The notes under the pieces were generated by a model, which saw only the letters and a list, made by a program, of their open reading frames with translations, searched no databases and was not told the DNA's origin. The position numbers were made by a program, and so were the translations under genes. This document shows positions 43,395 to 56,118 of a stretch of 64,000 bases of DNA, in pieces (the stretch's first letter is position 1; every line of letters starts with the position of its first letter). This DNA is from Octopus vulgaris (taxonomy: Eukaryota), in assembly GCA_951406725.2 (NCBI GenBank), contig OX597814.1, positions 43,276,001-43,340,000 on the forward strand. The letters are read 5' to 3'.

Positions 43395-43785
43395 TTGTGA
43401 TAGTGGACCGGCTTCGCCTTTCGCTAATCATGTTATTGAAATTATTTCAATTTCAAATTTTCTTATTACATTTTGTGTCCATGTTTTCCTTTGGAAATTT
43501 GTAATTAAATCAGCATGAATAAAATAATATCTAAGGTGAGGTAATTGGTTACTGTTATTATTGGAGACAGAGAAGACAATTGCATATTTGGGGTTGAATA
43601 AATCTCTATAAACACCTATGTTAAAGTAGTATGATAAAATACGTACACTAATTGGTATGTGATCAGGAATTAAAAAGAACATTGACTAAAATCTTGAGAA
43701 TATACGAAATTACAAAAAAAAATTCAACGTCATAATTAGCAAACTGCGAAACTGGTCGACTATCACAATACACTACCATATAAAA
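43378..43785. mobile_element. MITE-like element with about 63-bp imperfect TIRs
   Basis: 43378-43440 (ttttatatggtagagtattgtgatagtggaccggcttcgc..gctaatcatg..ttgaa) is the reverse complement of 43723-43785. Confidence 0.65.
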
Positions 43786-44373
43786 CATACTGAAACTATG
43801 TAAACGTGTGCATTTTCCTTTTGATTATTATAATATCTAGATATGTACTCTGTTGTGTCTAAGGCGAGTTGTTCCCTTTAGGGCCTCGTAAGTTAACACA
43901 CCCACCGGTAAAATTTCAACACATTTACCTATTTATATTTCTAAAATTTTCGTTTCGTTAACCTTTTCAATAGCTTTTGACTCTGCCCGTTATTCAAGAG
44001 GCGTTCTTTTCGTTCGTTTGTGCGCCTGTGTGTAGGTCAGCAGTATGTGTGCGCATATACAAGTATGTATTATGTATGCATGTAAGTGTGTGTATGCATG
44101 TACGTATTAGTGTGTGTACGTATGTATATATGTATATTCGTACATTTGTATTCTGCATTTTCATGTGTTTGTGTGTGAGTGTCTGTGTGTGAATGTGGGG
44201 TTTTTTTTGTGTGTGTTTGTGTGTGTGTGTGTGTGTATCTGTCTCATTGTGTGTGCATTCTGACTTTGTGTCTGCGTGCATGGGATTTTGTGATTACACA
44301 CAGTGTTTGTATGTATGGATGTGCATCTCCATATTTGTGGACTGTTATATAGATGTATGTGTTTGCGTATATA

Positions 44374-44597
44374 CGAGCTGGCAGAAACGTTAGCACGCCG
44401 GGCGAAATGCTTAGCAGTATTTCGTCTGCCGCTACATTCTGAGTTCAAATTCCGCCGAGGTCGACTTTGCTTTTCATCCTTTCGGGGTCGATAAATAAAG
44501 TACCAGTTCCGCACTGGGGACGATGTAATCGACTTAATCCGTTTGTCTGTCCTTGTTTGTCCCATCTATGTTTAGCCCCTTGTGTGCAATAAAGAAA
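44374..44597 (+). mobile_element. SINE family B
   Basis: Near-identical to 47884-48109. Confidence 0.9.
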
Positions 44598-44616
44598 TAT
44601 ATATGTATACGTATAT

Positions 44617-44817
44617 GGCATTACGACTATAGCATTACAACCAGCCAGGAACAGTCTTCGCTACATTTGCGGTACCTGCCAGAGGGAGTGTTTGTCCAGG
44701 ATAGGACTACACAGCCACAGCAGGAAATGTATCAGGACATGAAATATAAAAGCCGGATTAGAATACTTTATGCGCAACTCCATTGTCTCCCGAGACAGAA
44801 AGAATGCCAACCAACAA
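44617..44817 (+). mobile_element. RTE-clade LINE 3' end
   Basis: + frame encodes YICGTCQRECLSRIGLHSHSRKC (about 44662-44730), followed by a short 3' UTR. Confidence 0.75.
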
Positions 44818-45067
44818 TATGTATATGCACATGTATGTAGGCAAATGGATATGAAATTAAACAGATAGACATACAGACGGATATGTACATAGGTACACTG
44901 ATAACAGACAAGCACAACGCATGACCATATACACACGCACATGGATATGAACACACAAACACATGAATATGCAGAATACATACATACAAACGTACATACA
45001 TACATATATACATACGCACGCACACATACATACACATATTATTATTATTGTTGTTGTTGTTGTTATT

Positions 45068-47108
45068 ATTTTTTTTCTTCTTTCAAATTTGCTTCCATTT
45101 CTTGACGAGTGTCTTCCCGACTCCTAGGGCAAAGAAACTCATAGTATACATTGGTACGCCATTAAACTAATCTCATTAGTTCGTTCAATTTTTTTTTTAA
45201 GTTAAATTAAAATACATGGGTAATAATAGTTCTCACATCGACAATGCTCTTCTCAATACGTGTGATGTACCAGTTAAGACAATCTTTTGCACTTCTTGCA
45301 GGGATGGTAAGCCAGGGATCATTCTCATATAATTTTCGGTTCCCTTCTTGATCATTCCTAGTGCTCCTACGATCACTGGTATTGTAACCGCCTTGAGATG
45401 CCACATCTTTTCAATTTCAATGAGTAGGTCTTTATATTTTCTGAGCTTGTCAAACTCTTTCGCCGAGATATTATGATCACAGGGGATGCTCATGTCGATC
45501 AATAAGCAACATTTATTATTTTGGTCTTTCACAACAATATCTGGTTTATTGGCTTTGATGGTTCGGTCTGTATGTACTGGAAAGTCCCACGGAATCGTTA
45601 CATTTTCTCCTTCAGTTACAGCTTCAGGGTGGTGATTATACCACTTGTCGGCAGTTTTGATATTGTAATGCCGACTTATTAGCCAGTGTAGATATTGGCC
45701 AACTCTGTTATGTCTTAATTTATACTACACTGGTGCTAAGACTTTACATCCAGAGATTAGGTGGTCCACTGTTTCAATCATGTCGTTGCAGAATCGGCAT
45801 TTTGGGTCTGCTCAATTTTTCATCATATTGGCCTGGTAGTTCCGGGTTAATAGGCTTTGATCTTAAGCAGCCAGGATGAAATCTTCGCTCTCTGCTTTTA
45901 GCCCTGAGCTCCGTAGGCACTGATGGGTTTGCTTCTGGTCAACATCAGCTTGTTTGCTGCGGGCCACATATTTGCCGTGCAGAGGTTTCTCTTCCCACCT
46001 AACTGCCAATTGCTCGTGCACTTTTTGCGTTGCCATTATTTTCATCTTCTTTGCAACAATAGTTGCCGTGCTTCCCTCGGGTTGTAAAGTTTGGGTGTCC
46101 TGCACGAGATCAATAGCACATTTTTTGCTTTCTTTTATGATAGAATGAAGCTTCTTTCGTCTCGTGATTTTCCACGAGATTTAGCATCCAGTCATTCGGT
46201 ATTTCGAGATATTTGGTCAGTCCAATTCTAGTTGTTTTGTAAGCTAGTTCAAATTGGATCAGGCATCGACCTCCTTGGGCTCTGGGAAGGTAAAGACGAT
46301 CTACGTCTGCATTTGGGCGGTGCATTATATTACAACTCAGGAGCATGCGTATTTTCCTATCTATATTCTTTACTTTACTCATATTCCAGTTCAACACATT
46401 GTAGCTATATGTAACAACTGGAACTGCTAAGAAATTTATAGCTAACACCTTGTTACGTGCATTTAGTTCAGATTTCAGGACTGCACGAACTCTCCTATAA
46501 CATTCCTTCCTGACATTCTCTTTCATGCTTGCATGCTGAATACCAGAGCCTTCATCTATCCCTAAATATTTGTATGTTTGTTCTTGCTCAAGCTCTCTTA
46601 TGACTGTATCAACATCTAACACGACTGAATCTGTGGTCTTCACTTTCCCTTTCCGGAAAGTGGCCTTGGCACACTTCTCAAGCCCAAACTCCATCCCGAT
46701 ATCATCGCTGAATGCTTTCACTATGCGCAATAGGCCTTCAAGTTCATTATCGTCTTTACCATAGAGTTTTAAGTCATCCATATAAAATAGTTGGCGCATT
46801 TTTTTATTGGCAATTTTATACCCATACCCTGTTCTGTTTAATTCACTTGTAAGTGGTATTAGGGCTATACAGAATATTAAAGGTGAAAGTGAGTCACCTT
46901 GAAAAATTCCACAGTTGATGTTTATATTTTCTGAGGCAAGTACTCCATTAGAGTGGTATAATTGGAGATTCGTATTCCACAACGACATATTGTGCTTCAG
47001 GAAGCTTGAAATCACAGGAGAAATTCTGAAGATGTCCAGCGATCTCAAGATCCATGGATGCGGTATATTGTCGAAGGCCTTTTTATAGTCAATCCATGCG
47101 GAGCTGAG

Positions 47109-47110
<2 letters not shown>
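45068..47110 (-). mobile_element. R4/Dong-like non-LTR retrotransposon, 5'-truncated (RT, CCHC and RLE; frameshifted)
   Basis: ORF 46110-47048 has GIFQGDSLSPLIF and YMDDLKLY; downstream LHGKY..AAxDQ, CRFC..H..SGC and PDIVVKD..LIDMSIP..KY; flanked by (TAA)n/(TTA)n. Confidence 0.9.
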
Positions 47111-47176
<66 letters not shown>

Positions 47177-47177
47177 T

Positions 47178-47802
47178 TTTTTTCTTCTTTCAAATTTGCT
47201 TCCATTTCTTGCCGAGTGTCTTCCCGACTCCTAGGACAAAGAAACTCATAGTATACATTGGTAGGCCATTAAACGAAACTCAATAGTTCGTTCATTTTTT
47301 TTTTTTTAAGTTAAATTAAGATACATGAGCAGCAACAGTTCTCACATCGACAATGCTCTTCTCAATACGTGTGATGTACCAGTTAAGACAATCTTTTGCA
47401 CTTCTTGCAGGGATGGTAAGCAATGGATCATTCTCATATAATTTTCGGTTCCCTTCTTGATCATTCCTAGTGCTTCTACGATCACTGGTATTGTAACCGC
47501 CTTGAGATGCCACATTTTCTCAATTTCAATGAGTAGGTCTTTATATTTTCTGAGCTTGTCAAACTCTTTCGCTGAGATATTATGATCACAGGGGATGCTC
47601 ATGTCGATCAATAAGCAAACTTTATTGTTTTGGTCTTTCACAACAATATCTGGTTTATTGGCCTTGATGGTTCGGTCTGTATGTACTGGAAAGTCCCACA
47701 GAATGGTTACATTTTCTCCTTCAGTTACAGCCTCAGGGTGGTGATTATACCACTTGTCGGCAGTTTTGATATTGTAATGCCGACTTATTAGCCAGTGTAG
47801 AT
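47178..47802 (-). mobile_element. Second, shorter 5'-truncated copy of the same Dong-like family
   Basis: Near-identical to 45068-45693; ORF 47342-47641 is the RLE C-terminus; (TTA)n on both sides. Confidence 0.9.
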
Positions 47803-47814
47803 ATTATTATTATA

Positions 47815-47883
<69 letters not shown>

Positions 47884-48109
47884 GGCGAGCTGGCAGAAAC
47901 GTTAGCAGGCCGGGCGAAATGCGTAGCTGTATTTCGTTTGCCGTTACGTTCTGAGTTCAAATTCCGCCGAGGTCGTCTTTGCCTTTCATCCTTTCGGGGT
48001 CGATAAATTAAGTACCAGTTACGCACTGGGGTCAATGTAATCGACTTAATCCGTGTGTTTGTCATTGTTTGTCCCCTCTATGTTTAGCCCCTTGTGGGTA
48101 ATAAAGAAA
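47884..48109 (+). mobile_element. SINE family B inserted in (TTA)n
   Basis: ggcgagctggcagaaacgttagc..gagttcaaattcc.. Confidence 0.9.
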
Positions 48110-49439
48110 CAAAATTATTATTATTGTTATTTGTGAAATGCAAATAAGTATGTGTACACTTGTAGGTAGTTGGGTGTCCGTGTAAGGAGGTTTGCTATTG
48201 TTTAGATTTTGGTACTGGTCACTTGTTAAGGTACAAAATGAAAAGTTTGGGTTGGTGTCAGTAGTATTTGTGAAGTGTCATAGATGAACTTTTATGACTG
48301 AATGGAAACATTTTAATGAATGGCTGAATTGAATAAATGTGGTTGGTTTGGAGTCTTTTAAACGCTGTGTAATATGTGGTTGGATGTTTATAGTATACTA
48401 TGTAACAACATTTTTAGTTTTTTGTCTTTGGTCAGTAAGTGTTATTTCCTATTTGCTTCTATCTAGAAATCAAAGGAAATGACAACCATTCCATTCAAAC
48501 ATTGCTTCTGTGATTTGAACATCAATGTTTTGAAACTGAATTATTTCAGAGAGATTCAGCGCTAAATTGCTGAAGCAGAAATATCGTTATAGCAAATATT
48601 CTGCTCGGTACCACAGATTTGGTATTCAGTTTCTTCACCTTAACCATTTCCTTAGTGGCTGACAGTATGAGCATCTCCAATCATGAACAGAAGCAGCAAA
48701 GGAACATCATAGCCATGTGTTAAGAGAGATTGTTCAGTGTTTGAATAAATGTAACAAAAGCAAAGTTGGATGTTGTTCATACTTTCATGAAGTAAGCACA
48801 TACGAAATAACAATTGTTGCCGAAGGACACAAATCTATTCATAATACAAGCTTACACGTGCACACACTCACCAATATAGGCAGAAAGGCATAATACGCAC
48901 ACACAGAGGTGCAAGCACAGGCAATCATACACACACAAACACGCACACATGCAAACATGCATGCGCACAAACACACAAACTCACACATGCATTCAGACAA
49001 GGAAAAGAAAAGTGTAAAGAACGAAGAAAGTGTGAAGGCGGCTTATGTTCCTGCCGTAAGGCTTCACTCCACACACGCCAGTTTAATTTAATTCGTTCTT
49101 AGTCGAAAGACACCTGTTGTTAATGTCCTGTTTGAATTTGTAATTGTGTACCATTTCTCCGTTTTTTCATTCCTGTTTTCGTATACATTCGCTTGCTTTC
49201 TTCCAAAGAATCTTGTGCACCTTTGATTTTTGGGGGGTCGGCCCGATTAGAGCAATCTCGAGTGTAACTGGCTGAAACTGCAACGACGATATGTAACTCA
49301 ACTAAAAATAGAGCGCTACGAATGACACATCCTTGATTTTCTTGTCCTTTTTTGTATCGCCCAGCTGTCCGGATGTTTTATTGTCACCTATTGTGTTCTT
49401 CCAATTTTTGTTATATTTTATATGTACGTATTGTTTTAT

Positions 49440-49800
49440 CAGTGGTTAGGGCAGCGGACTCGCGGTCTTAGGGTCGCAGTTTCGATTCCCAGACCGAGCG
49501 TTGTGAGTTTTTATTGAGCGAAAACACCTAAAGTACTACGAGGCTCCGGCAGGGGTGATGGCGAACCCTGCTGTACTTTTCACCACTACTTTCTCTCCCT
49601 CTTCCTTCCTTTATCAGTTGTACCTGCATTTTGAAGGGCCAGCCTTGTCACACACTGTGTCACGCAAAATCTCCCCGAGAACTACGTTAAGGGCTCACGT
49701 GTCTGTGGAGTGCTCAGCCACTTGCACGTTCATTTCACGAGTAGGCTTTTCCATTGATCGTATCAATTGGAACCCTCGTCGTCGTAACCGACTGAATGCC
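49440..49800 (+). mobile_element. SINE family C
   Basis: Aligns to 26865-27225. Confidence 0.85.
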
Positions 49801-50102
49801 AACCAATATGTGTGTTTACTTGTATGTGCATGTTTCATGTTCTATGTATGTTTGTATGTGTGTGTAAGCATATATTGTGTATATGTGTATATGTATATAT
49901 ATGTATATATAAATATATGTGTGTGTGTATGTGTAGGTATATATATATATATGTATATGTGTGTATATGTGTCTATATGTATATATATTTATATACGTTT
50001 ATGTCAATACGTATTTATTTTACTTGTTGAGTCTTCCTTCACATTTGCACCCCTGTATGTGTATGTGTGAATATATGCACTTGTTTGTGTATACGTGTAT
50101 GT

Positions 50103-50167
<65 letters not shown>

Positions 50168-50453
50168 ATACCAGTATATCCTTATGTGTTAAGAATATAC
50201 GTTTTCTCTATCACTTCTAAATTTATAATAATTTTCTCCTCCATATATTCGTTTCTATTTTTCTGATTGCCTCCCCTACTCCGGGCTATTTTTCAAGTAA
50301 GGTAGATCTCTTGGATACACCGGTCGGTCTTGTCTGTGATCAATATTTTCTCGTTAAGTTCTTTTTCGTTTTTTTTTCTACTTCTATGTACACTTTTACT
50401 AATATATGTTGTAATATTTTTCAGACAACGTTGCCTATCATTTTTAGCCTCAT

Positions 50454-50548
<95 letters not shown>

Positions 50549-50947
50549 ATATGTATGTATATTCGTTTTTCAATATTAATAAAATATTAATACATTAATA
50601 TTAATATTAATATTAATATCAATATCAATATGCATATGTTAATCTCTCTAGGGTGTTCTGCTAGTACAACTGTTACGTTATATTCTGCTATACATGCAGA
50701 ATATAGATTTTATTCTTATTTTTATATATAGGTTACTGCATATATAGACGTGCATGCGCAGTTATACGTATGTCTTTTTTCCCTTTCGTCTGTCTCACTA
50801 TTATTATTACTGTTATTTTTCCCTTTTACAACTTGGTTGTAAATATCCGATCTTTCCATATTACCCCCTTTGTATTCTCCCTTATTGTATCTTATTTTAA
50901 TTTACTTAATTTTATTAAACCGTTTTTGATGTCCTTCCAAAAATTCT

Positions 50948-51051
50948 TCACACTGCTGAGAACGACAATGCATAAATTAAATTATAATTACTATGATTAT
51001 AATTTTTTCTTGCATACTTGTATTGTCCTTTGAAACGCGCGTATCTAATGA
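50948..51051 (+). ncRNA. Degenerate hammerhead motif (A6C)
   Basis: CUGcUGA(50953-59)-gaacgacaat..attgtccttt-GAAA(51032-35)-cgcgcg-UA(51042-43); palindromic stem III ACGCGCGU. Confidence 0.55.
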
Positions 51052-51256
51052 ATCGAAAATTGTATAAAGTCTAATTTTGATGCAACATCTTTTTCTCCTC
51101 TATTTTTGTATAATTCTTTATGGTATATTTATACCTATAACTATATTTTTAAACTAATATTTTCATATTGTTATTACTTACTCGGAGTGGGATTATGAAT
51201 ATTGGTAATCATTATTAGAAATCATTTTTACTTTCTTTTTGTACCTCTTGACTTTT

Positions 51257-51971
51257 TGACTTGCTTTGAAGTTTTGCATTCGGTACAATTTGTTTATTTT
51301 AGTAGTTTTGACCGCAAGGGTCCCTCCTAGCGTGCGGTATCTATGAATAGTAGTACCCTCTATATAATATAAATAAATATTTTCAAAATGGAAAAATTTA
51401 TGGATTTTTTCTCTTACGAGCTTTTTCACGCTAACTACTGATAATTTCTTATAAAGATTTTATCCTCAATTTTAAATTTATATTTTTTACCGGTTCAATA
51501 GTTCAATACTGAATTTTTGTTCCGAGTAAGGAATTTGTTACCGAAATGCATTGAGAATAAGCTCGCCATTTTCATAGATATATAAAGATAAACATTCGTA
51601 CATGCTACGACGAATTCTACGGTTGGCCGTCGGGTTTGTAATGTTATGTTTTTTCTTATATGTCTTGAGTTTGATGCACTGATGAGCATAGAATGCATAT
51701 TCTGTATTAATTGCGAAATCACAGGTGATATGTAACTAAATACTTTTTTAAATGACTTGCTTTGAAGTTTTGCATTCGGTACAATTTGTTTATTTTAGTA
51801 GTTTTGACCGCAAGGGTCCCTCCTAGCGTGCGGTATCTATGAATAGTAGTACCCTCTATATAATATAAATAAATATTTTCAAAGTGGAAAAATTTACGGA
51901 TTTTTTCTCTTACGAGCTTTTTCACGCTAACTACTGATAATTTCATATAAAGATTTTATCCTCAATTTTAA

Positions 51972-51979
<8 letters not shown>
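51257..51979 (+). mobile_element. Partial-tandem PLE pLTR / retrozyme-like unit (227-bp direct repeats, period 496 bp)
   Basis: 51257-51483 is nearly identical to 51753-51979; HHR between the repeats; ends in (TA)n. Confidence 0.75.
51673..51736 (+). ncRNA. Type I hammerhead ribozyme, intact core
   Basis: gatgca-CUGAUGA(51679-85)-gca..tgc-GAAA(51715-18)-tcac ag gtga-UA(51729-30)-tgtaac. Confidence 0.8.
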
Positions 51980-52029
<50 letters not shown>

Positions 52030-52106
52030 GTGTGTATGTATGTATGTATGTATGTATGTATGTATGTATGTATGTATGTATGTATGTATGTATGTATGTA
52101 TGTACG

Positions 52107-52144
<38 letters not shown>

Positions 52145-52145
<1 letters not shown>

Positions 52146-52610
52146 ATAATAAGAGTAAATAATTTCTATAAAGGCTTTTAAAAAAAACCCAATTATTTAC
52201 TGGTAGAATTCGGTATGTAAATATAGCCGATTACCGGCAGGAACTTCTGTAAAGTTCAGTATATATATTGTATATAAGAAAAAGGGACAGGCAAAACAGG
52301 TTGCTTGACCGCATACCGAAAAAATAGAAATAGCAGTCAAGAATGCTTATTTCTATCAAAGTTGGACTCCGGGCATGACAGACCCTGTAATTCACACATG
52401 CAAAACAGAAGGAATAGATAACGAATACGAAGTCTGGCGGTTATCTGTTATCTGGCGGTTATCCGCCAGACTTCGTATTCGTTATCTATTCCTTCTGTTT
52501 TGCATGTGTGAATTACAGGGTCTGTCATGCCCGGAGTCCAACTTTGATAGAAATAAGCATTCTTGACTGCTATTTCTATTTTTTCGGTATGCGGTCAAGC
52601 AACCTGTTTT

Positions 52611-52618
<8 letters not shown>
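52145..52618 (-). mobile_element. Fold-back insertion in (TA)n; arms 52293-52440 / 52463-52610
   Basis: 148-bp apparently perfect inverted arms, 22-bp spacer, unique extension 52145-52292, TA flanks. Confidence 0.75.
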
Positions 52619-52643
<25 letters not shown>

Positions 52644-52772
52644 CCTTTGTATATATCACGCCGTGAATAACCATCTGAAGTGCTATCCGTAAAACATGTG
52701 ATCCAAAATTGTTTAAGACTTTCGTTTGTATATCACACTACTTGTATATATATATATTTTTTTTTTTTTTTC

Positions 52773-52968
52773 ACTTGTTTCAGTCATTTGACTGCGGCCA
52801 TGCTGGAGCACCGCCTTTAATCGAGCAACTCGACCCCGGGACTTATTCTTTTGTAAGCCCAGTACTTATTCTATCGGGGCTCTTTTGCCGAACCGCTAAG
52901 TAACGGGGACATAAACACACCAGCATCGGTTGTCAAGCAATGCTAGGGGGACGAACACAGACACACAA

Positions 52969-53025
<57 letters not shown>

Positions 53026-53193
53026 TACGACGGGCTTCTTTCAGTTTCCGTCTACCACATCCACTCAGAAGGCTTTGGTAGACCCGAGGCTTCTACTAAG
53101 GAGACACTTGCCCAAGGTGCCACGCAGTAGGACTGAACCCGGAACCATGTGGTTGGTAAACAAGCTATTTACTACACAGCCACTCCTGCGCCT
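52773..53193 (-). mobile_element. Full-length SINE family A
   Basis: Minus head aggcgcaggagtggctgtgtagtaa..ccgggttcagtcc; internal (CA)n(TA)n. Confidence 0.9.
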
Positions 53194-53832
53194 ATATGTA
53201 TATCCTAATAGTTAGCCTTCATGAATTATTGGATATTCCCATATTGCTTCACGCTGAGAGACTGCTTGAGATTAGTAGAGAGTTAGAAATTTTGGAAATC
53301 AATATATCTGACATCAAATGATTCAAATATCACGCAGAGTTACCTCTGACTGCTGCTGATAAGTCATTATCCTTTCTCAGAGATCTGTTTTTGACGTATC
53401 TTCTGTATCCAAGAAAGCGTAATTAATACTATTGTCTTCATATCCAAAGGTTTACCTTCGAAGGCAACACCACCAAACAATTAAATGGAATATAGTAGAA
53501 CTGAATTTCTAGTATATTTCATCTGCTTAAAATATTTTAAATCGTAACATTTACTCACCTTCTTGCTCTGTAATACCTAGTCACTGATTACAATTTTCTG
53601 GTTTCAATTATGAAATATCATCTGGGTTCAACTTTCAAACATTATAGATATGTATACGGAAACTAATACTTTACTGCTTATTACAGTCATCCTGTAAGAT
53701 AGCAATGGGAAGTAGCCGTGAGATTAATTGGTGATAATTCTACCGGACACAGTAGAAGTATCATTTTCATTCGAATTTACCACTTTTCTCCCTGCACAAA
53801 CAGAAATGCACACATATGCACATACGGACAGG

Positions 53833-53884
<52 letters not shown>

Positions 53885-53886
53885 GC

Positions 53887-53917
<31 letters not shown>

Positions 53918-53949
53918 CTAGATAGATAGATAGATAGATACATTCATAC

Positions 53950-53985
<36 letters not shown>

Positions 53986-54019
53986 ATGAACATATACTTA
54001 CACACACACCCATGAATAT

Positions 54020-54116
<97 letters not shown>

Positions 54117-54497
54117 CATACAAACGAATATATACTTATATATTTTAATATCCCGTTAAGGTAAGATCAACAAGAAAGTATTCCATCCAGAAAGAGATAA
54201 ATATCAACTAATGTACACTGCTAACAGATTCATACTATTAAAACATGAGATTAGGTAGGCTTAAAAACGTTTCCGGTGTATCCAAACAAAAGCAGGCTCT
54301 AAGCACATTGCTTGTTCTATTTGAACACGTTTTGACTTTCAAATAGAACAAACCAAACCGTCAAAGTCTGAGAGACTGCTTGGAAACCTAAGCCATATTA
54401 TAGGCCTGTTTGACCACGTAGATTAATAGCACTATATACATATATTCATCCATACATACATATATATATCTATACATACATACATACATATATACAT

Positions 54498-54658
54498 GCA
54501 TAGGAGTGGCTGTGTGGTAAGTAGCTTGTTAACGAACCGCATAGTTCCAGGTTCAGTCCCAATGCGTGGTACCTTGGGCAAGTCTCTTCTAATATAGACT
54601 TGGGCCGACCAAAGTCTTGTGAGGGGATTTGGTAGACGGAAACTGAAAGAAGCCCGTC

Positions 54659-54694
<36 letters not shown>

Positions 54695-54897
54695 TTCTCT
54701 GTCTGTGCCTGTCCACCCCCCAACATCGCTTGACAACTGATGCTGGTGTTTTTACGTCCCCGTAACTTAGCAGTTCGGCAAAAGGGACCGATAGAATCAG
54801 TACTAGGCTTACAAAGAATAAGTCCTGAGGTCGATTTGCTCGACTATAGGCGGTGCTTCAGCATGGCCACATCCAAATGACTGAATCAGGTAAAAGT
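54498..54897 (+). mobile_element. SINE family A
   Basis: Reverse complement of the 52773 copy. Confidence 0.85.
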
Positions 54898-55009
54898 GTA
54901 AGAGAATACATCCATCTATCCATCCATCCATCCATACATGCATACATACATATATGCATGCATATATATATGTGTATGTGTGTATGTATATATGTATATG
55001 CATATGACG

Positions 55010-55265
55010 TATGCCTTAGTTGTTTGGGGTATTCAGCTCACTATCGAGAGGTCATGTGCTCGATTCCTGACGGTGCATTATGTCCTTGAGCAATACATTT
55101 TATTTCACGTTGCTCCAGTTCATTCACCTGGCAAAAATGAGTAGTTCTATTTTGAAGAGGTCAGACACGCCATATCCTGTATCACGCTGAATCTCCATGA
55201 GAACTACGTAATTGCACGAGCAGGGTGTTCCCTGGAGCATTCGTCGTCGTAACCGACAGAATACT
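55010..55265 (+). mobile_element. Diverged SINE related to family C
   Basis: ctcgattcctgac..tcacgctgaatctcc..gagaactacgt..tcgtcgtcgtaaccgac. Confidence 0.65.
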
Positions 55266-55714
55266 GTGTGTGTGTGTGTGAGCGTGTGTGCGTGAGCGTG
55301 TGTGTGTGTGTGTGTTTGATTGTAAGGAAAAGGGCGTCCAAGCGCGTGTATGTGTGCTTGGATATATGCAGGATATATTTACGTGGGTGTATATTTATGT
55401 GCGAGTATGTGTGTGTATATATGCACGATATATTTAAAAGCTAATCGTATTTTGGTAGATTGATACCGATAATAAACACTAAATATATATTTTTGAATAA
55501 ATAAATGGACAAACACACAACAACATATAACAAAACGATTGTCATCTCCAAAACCTTTTGTGTTTATGAGGGTTTCGATACTTCCATTATACCTTTTCAA
55601 GTTCTGTCTCGTGTCTTCAGAACTGATTCGTGTGATTTGTGTCGTCATTGCTTCGTTGCTATTGGAAATCTCAAGATCACTGATATTTACTGCTCAAAGT
55701 GTTTAAAACAGTCT

Positions 55715-56068
55715 TTTTAATGCATTATTTACGTTATTTAGAATTGACGGATATCTGCCCTCATCTAGTTTATTGTTAACACAACCTTTCGCTTGATATA
55801 CCCTCCAGCCTTCATCAGCTTTCTTAGGGAAATTTATCATTCGTAAGGTATTTTTCGATGTTATTATTATTGTTATTATTATTATTATTATTGTTGGTGT
55901 CGTTGTTGTTGTTCTCGTTGTCGTCGTCGTCGTCGTCGTCGTTGTTGTTGCTGTTGTTGCTGTTATTGTTGTTGTTATTATCATTGTTTTCATTATTATT
56001 ATTATTATTCAGGTCACTGCCAGGAATCGAACTCGGAATCTTGGGGTTAGTGGCCCGCATTCTTAACC
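55715..56068 (-). mobile_element. Chimeric SINE: tRNA-like head, (AAT/AAC)n, minimal hammerhead body
   Basis: Head 56068-56009 tggttaagaatgcgggccactaaccccaagattccgagttcgattcctggcagtgacc (B box GTTCGATTCC); body 55860-55715 with CUGAUGA (55818-12) and GAAA (55790-87); body homologous to 57231-57412. Confidence 0.7.

Positions 56069-56116
<48 letters not shown>

Positions 56117-56118
<2 letters not shown>

Noticed and set aside
49040-49430. Possible additional pLTR-type repeat (also 50170-50457 and 43840-43985)
   Set aside because: No intact ribozyme core, second copy or terminal signature could be verified within the window
56009-56068. Functional tRNA gene
   Set aside because: The 5' acceptor/D-arm is truncated by (AAT)n and the sequence is joined to a repeat body, so it is treated as a SINE head
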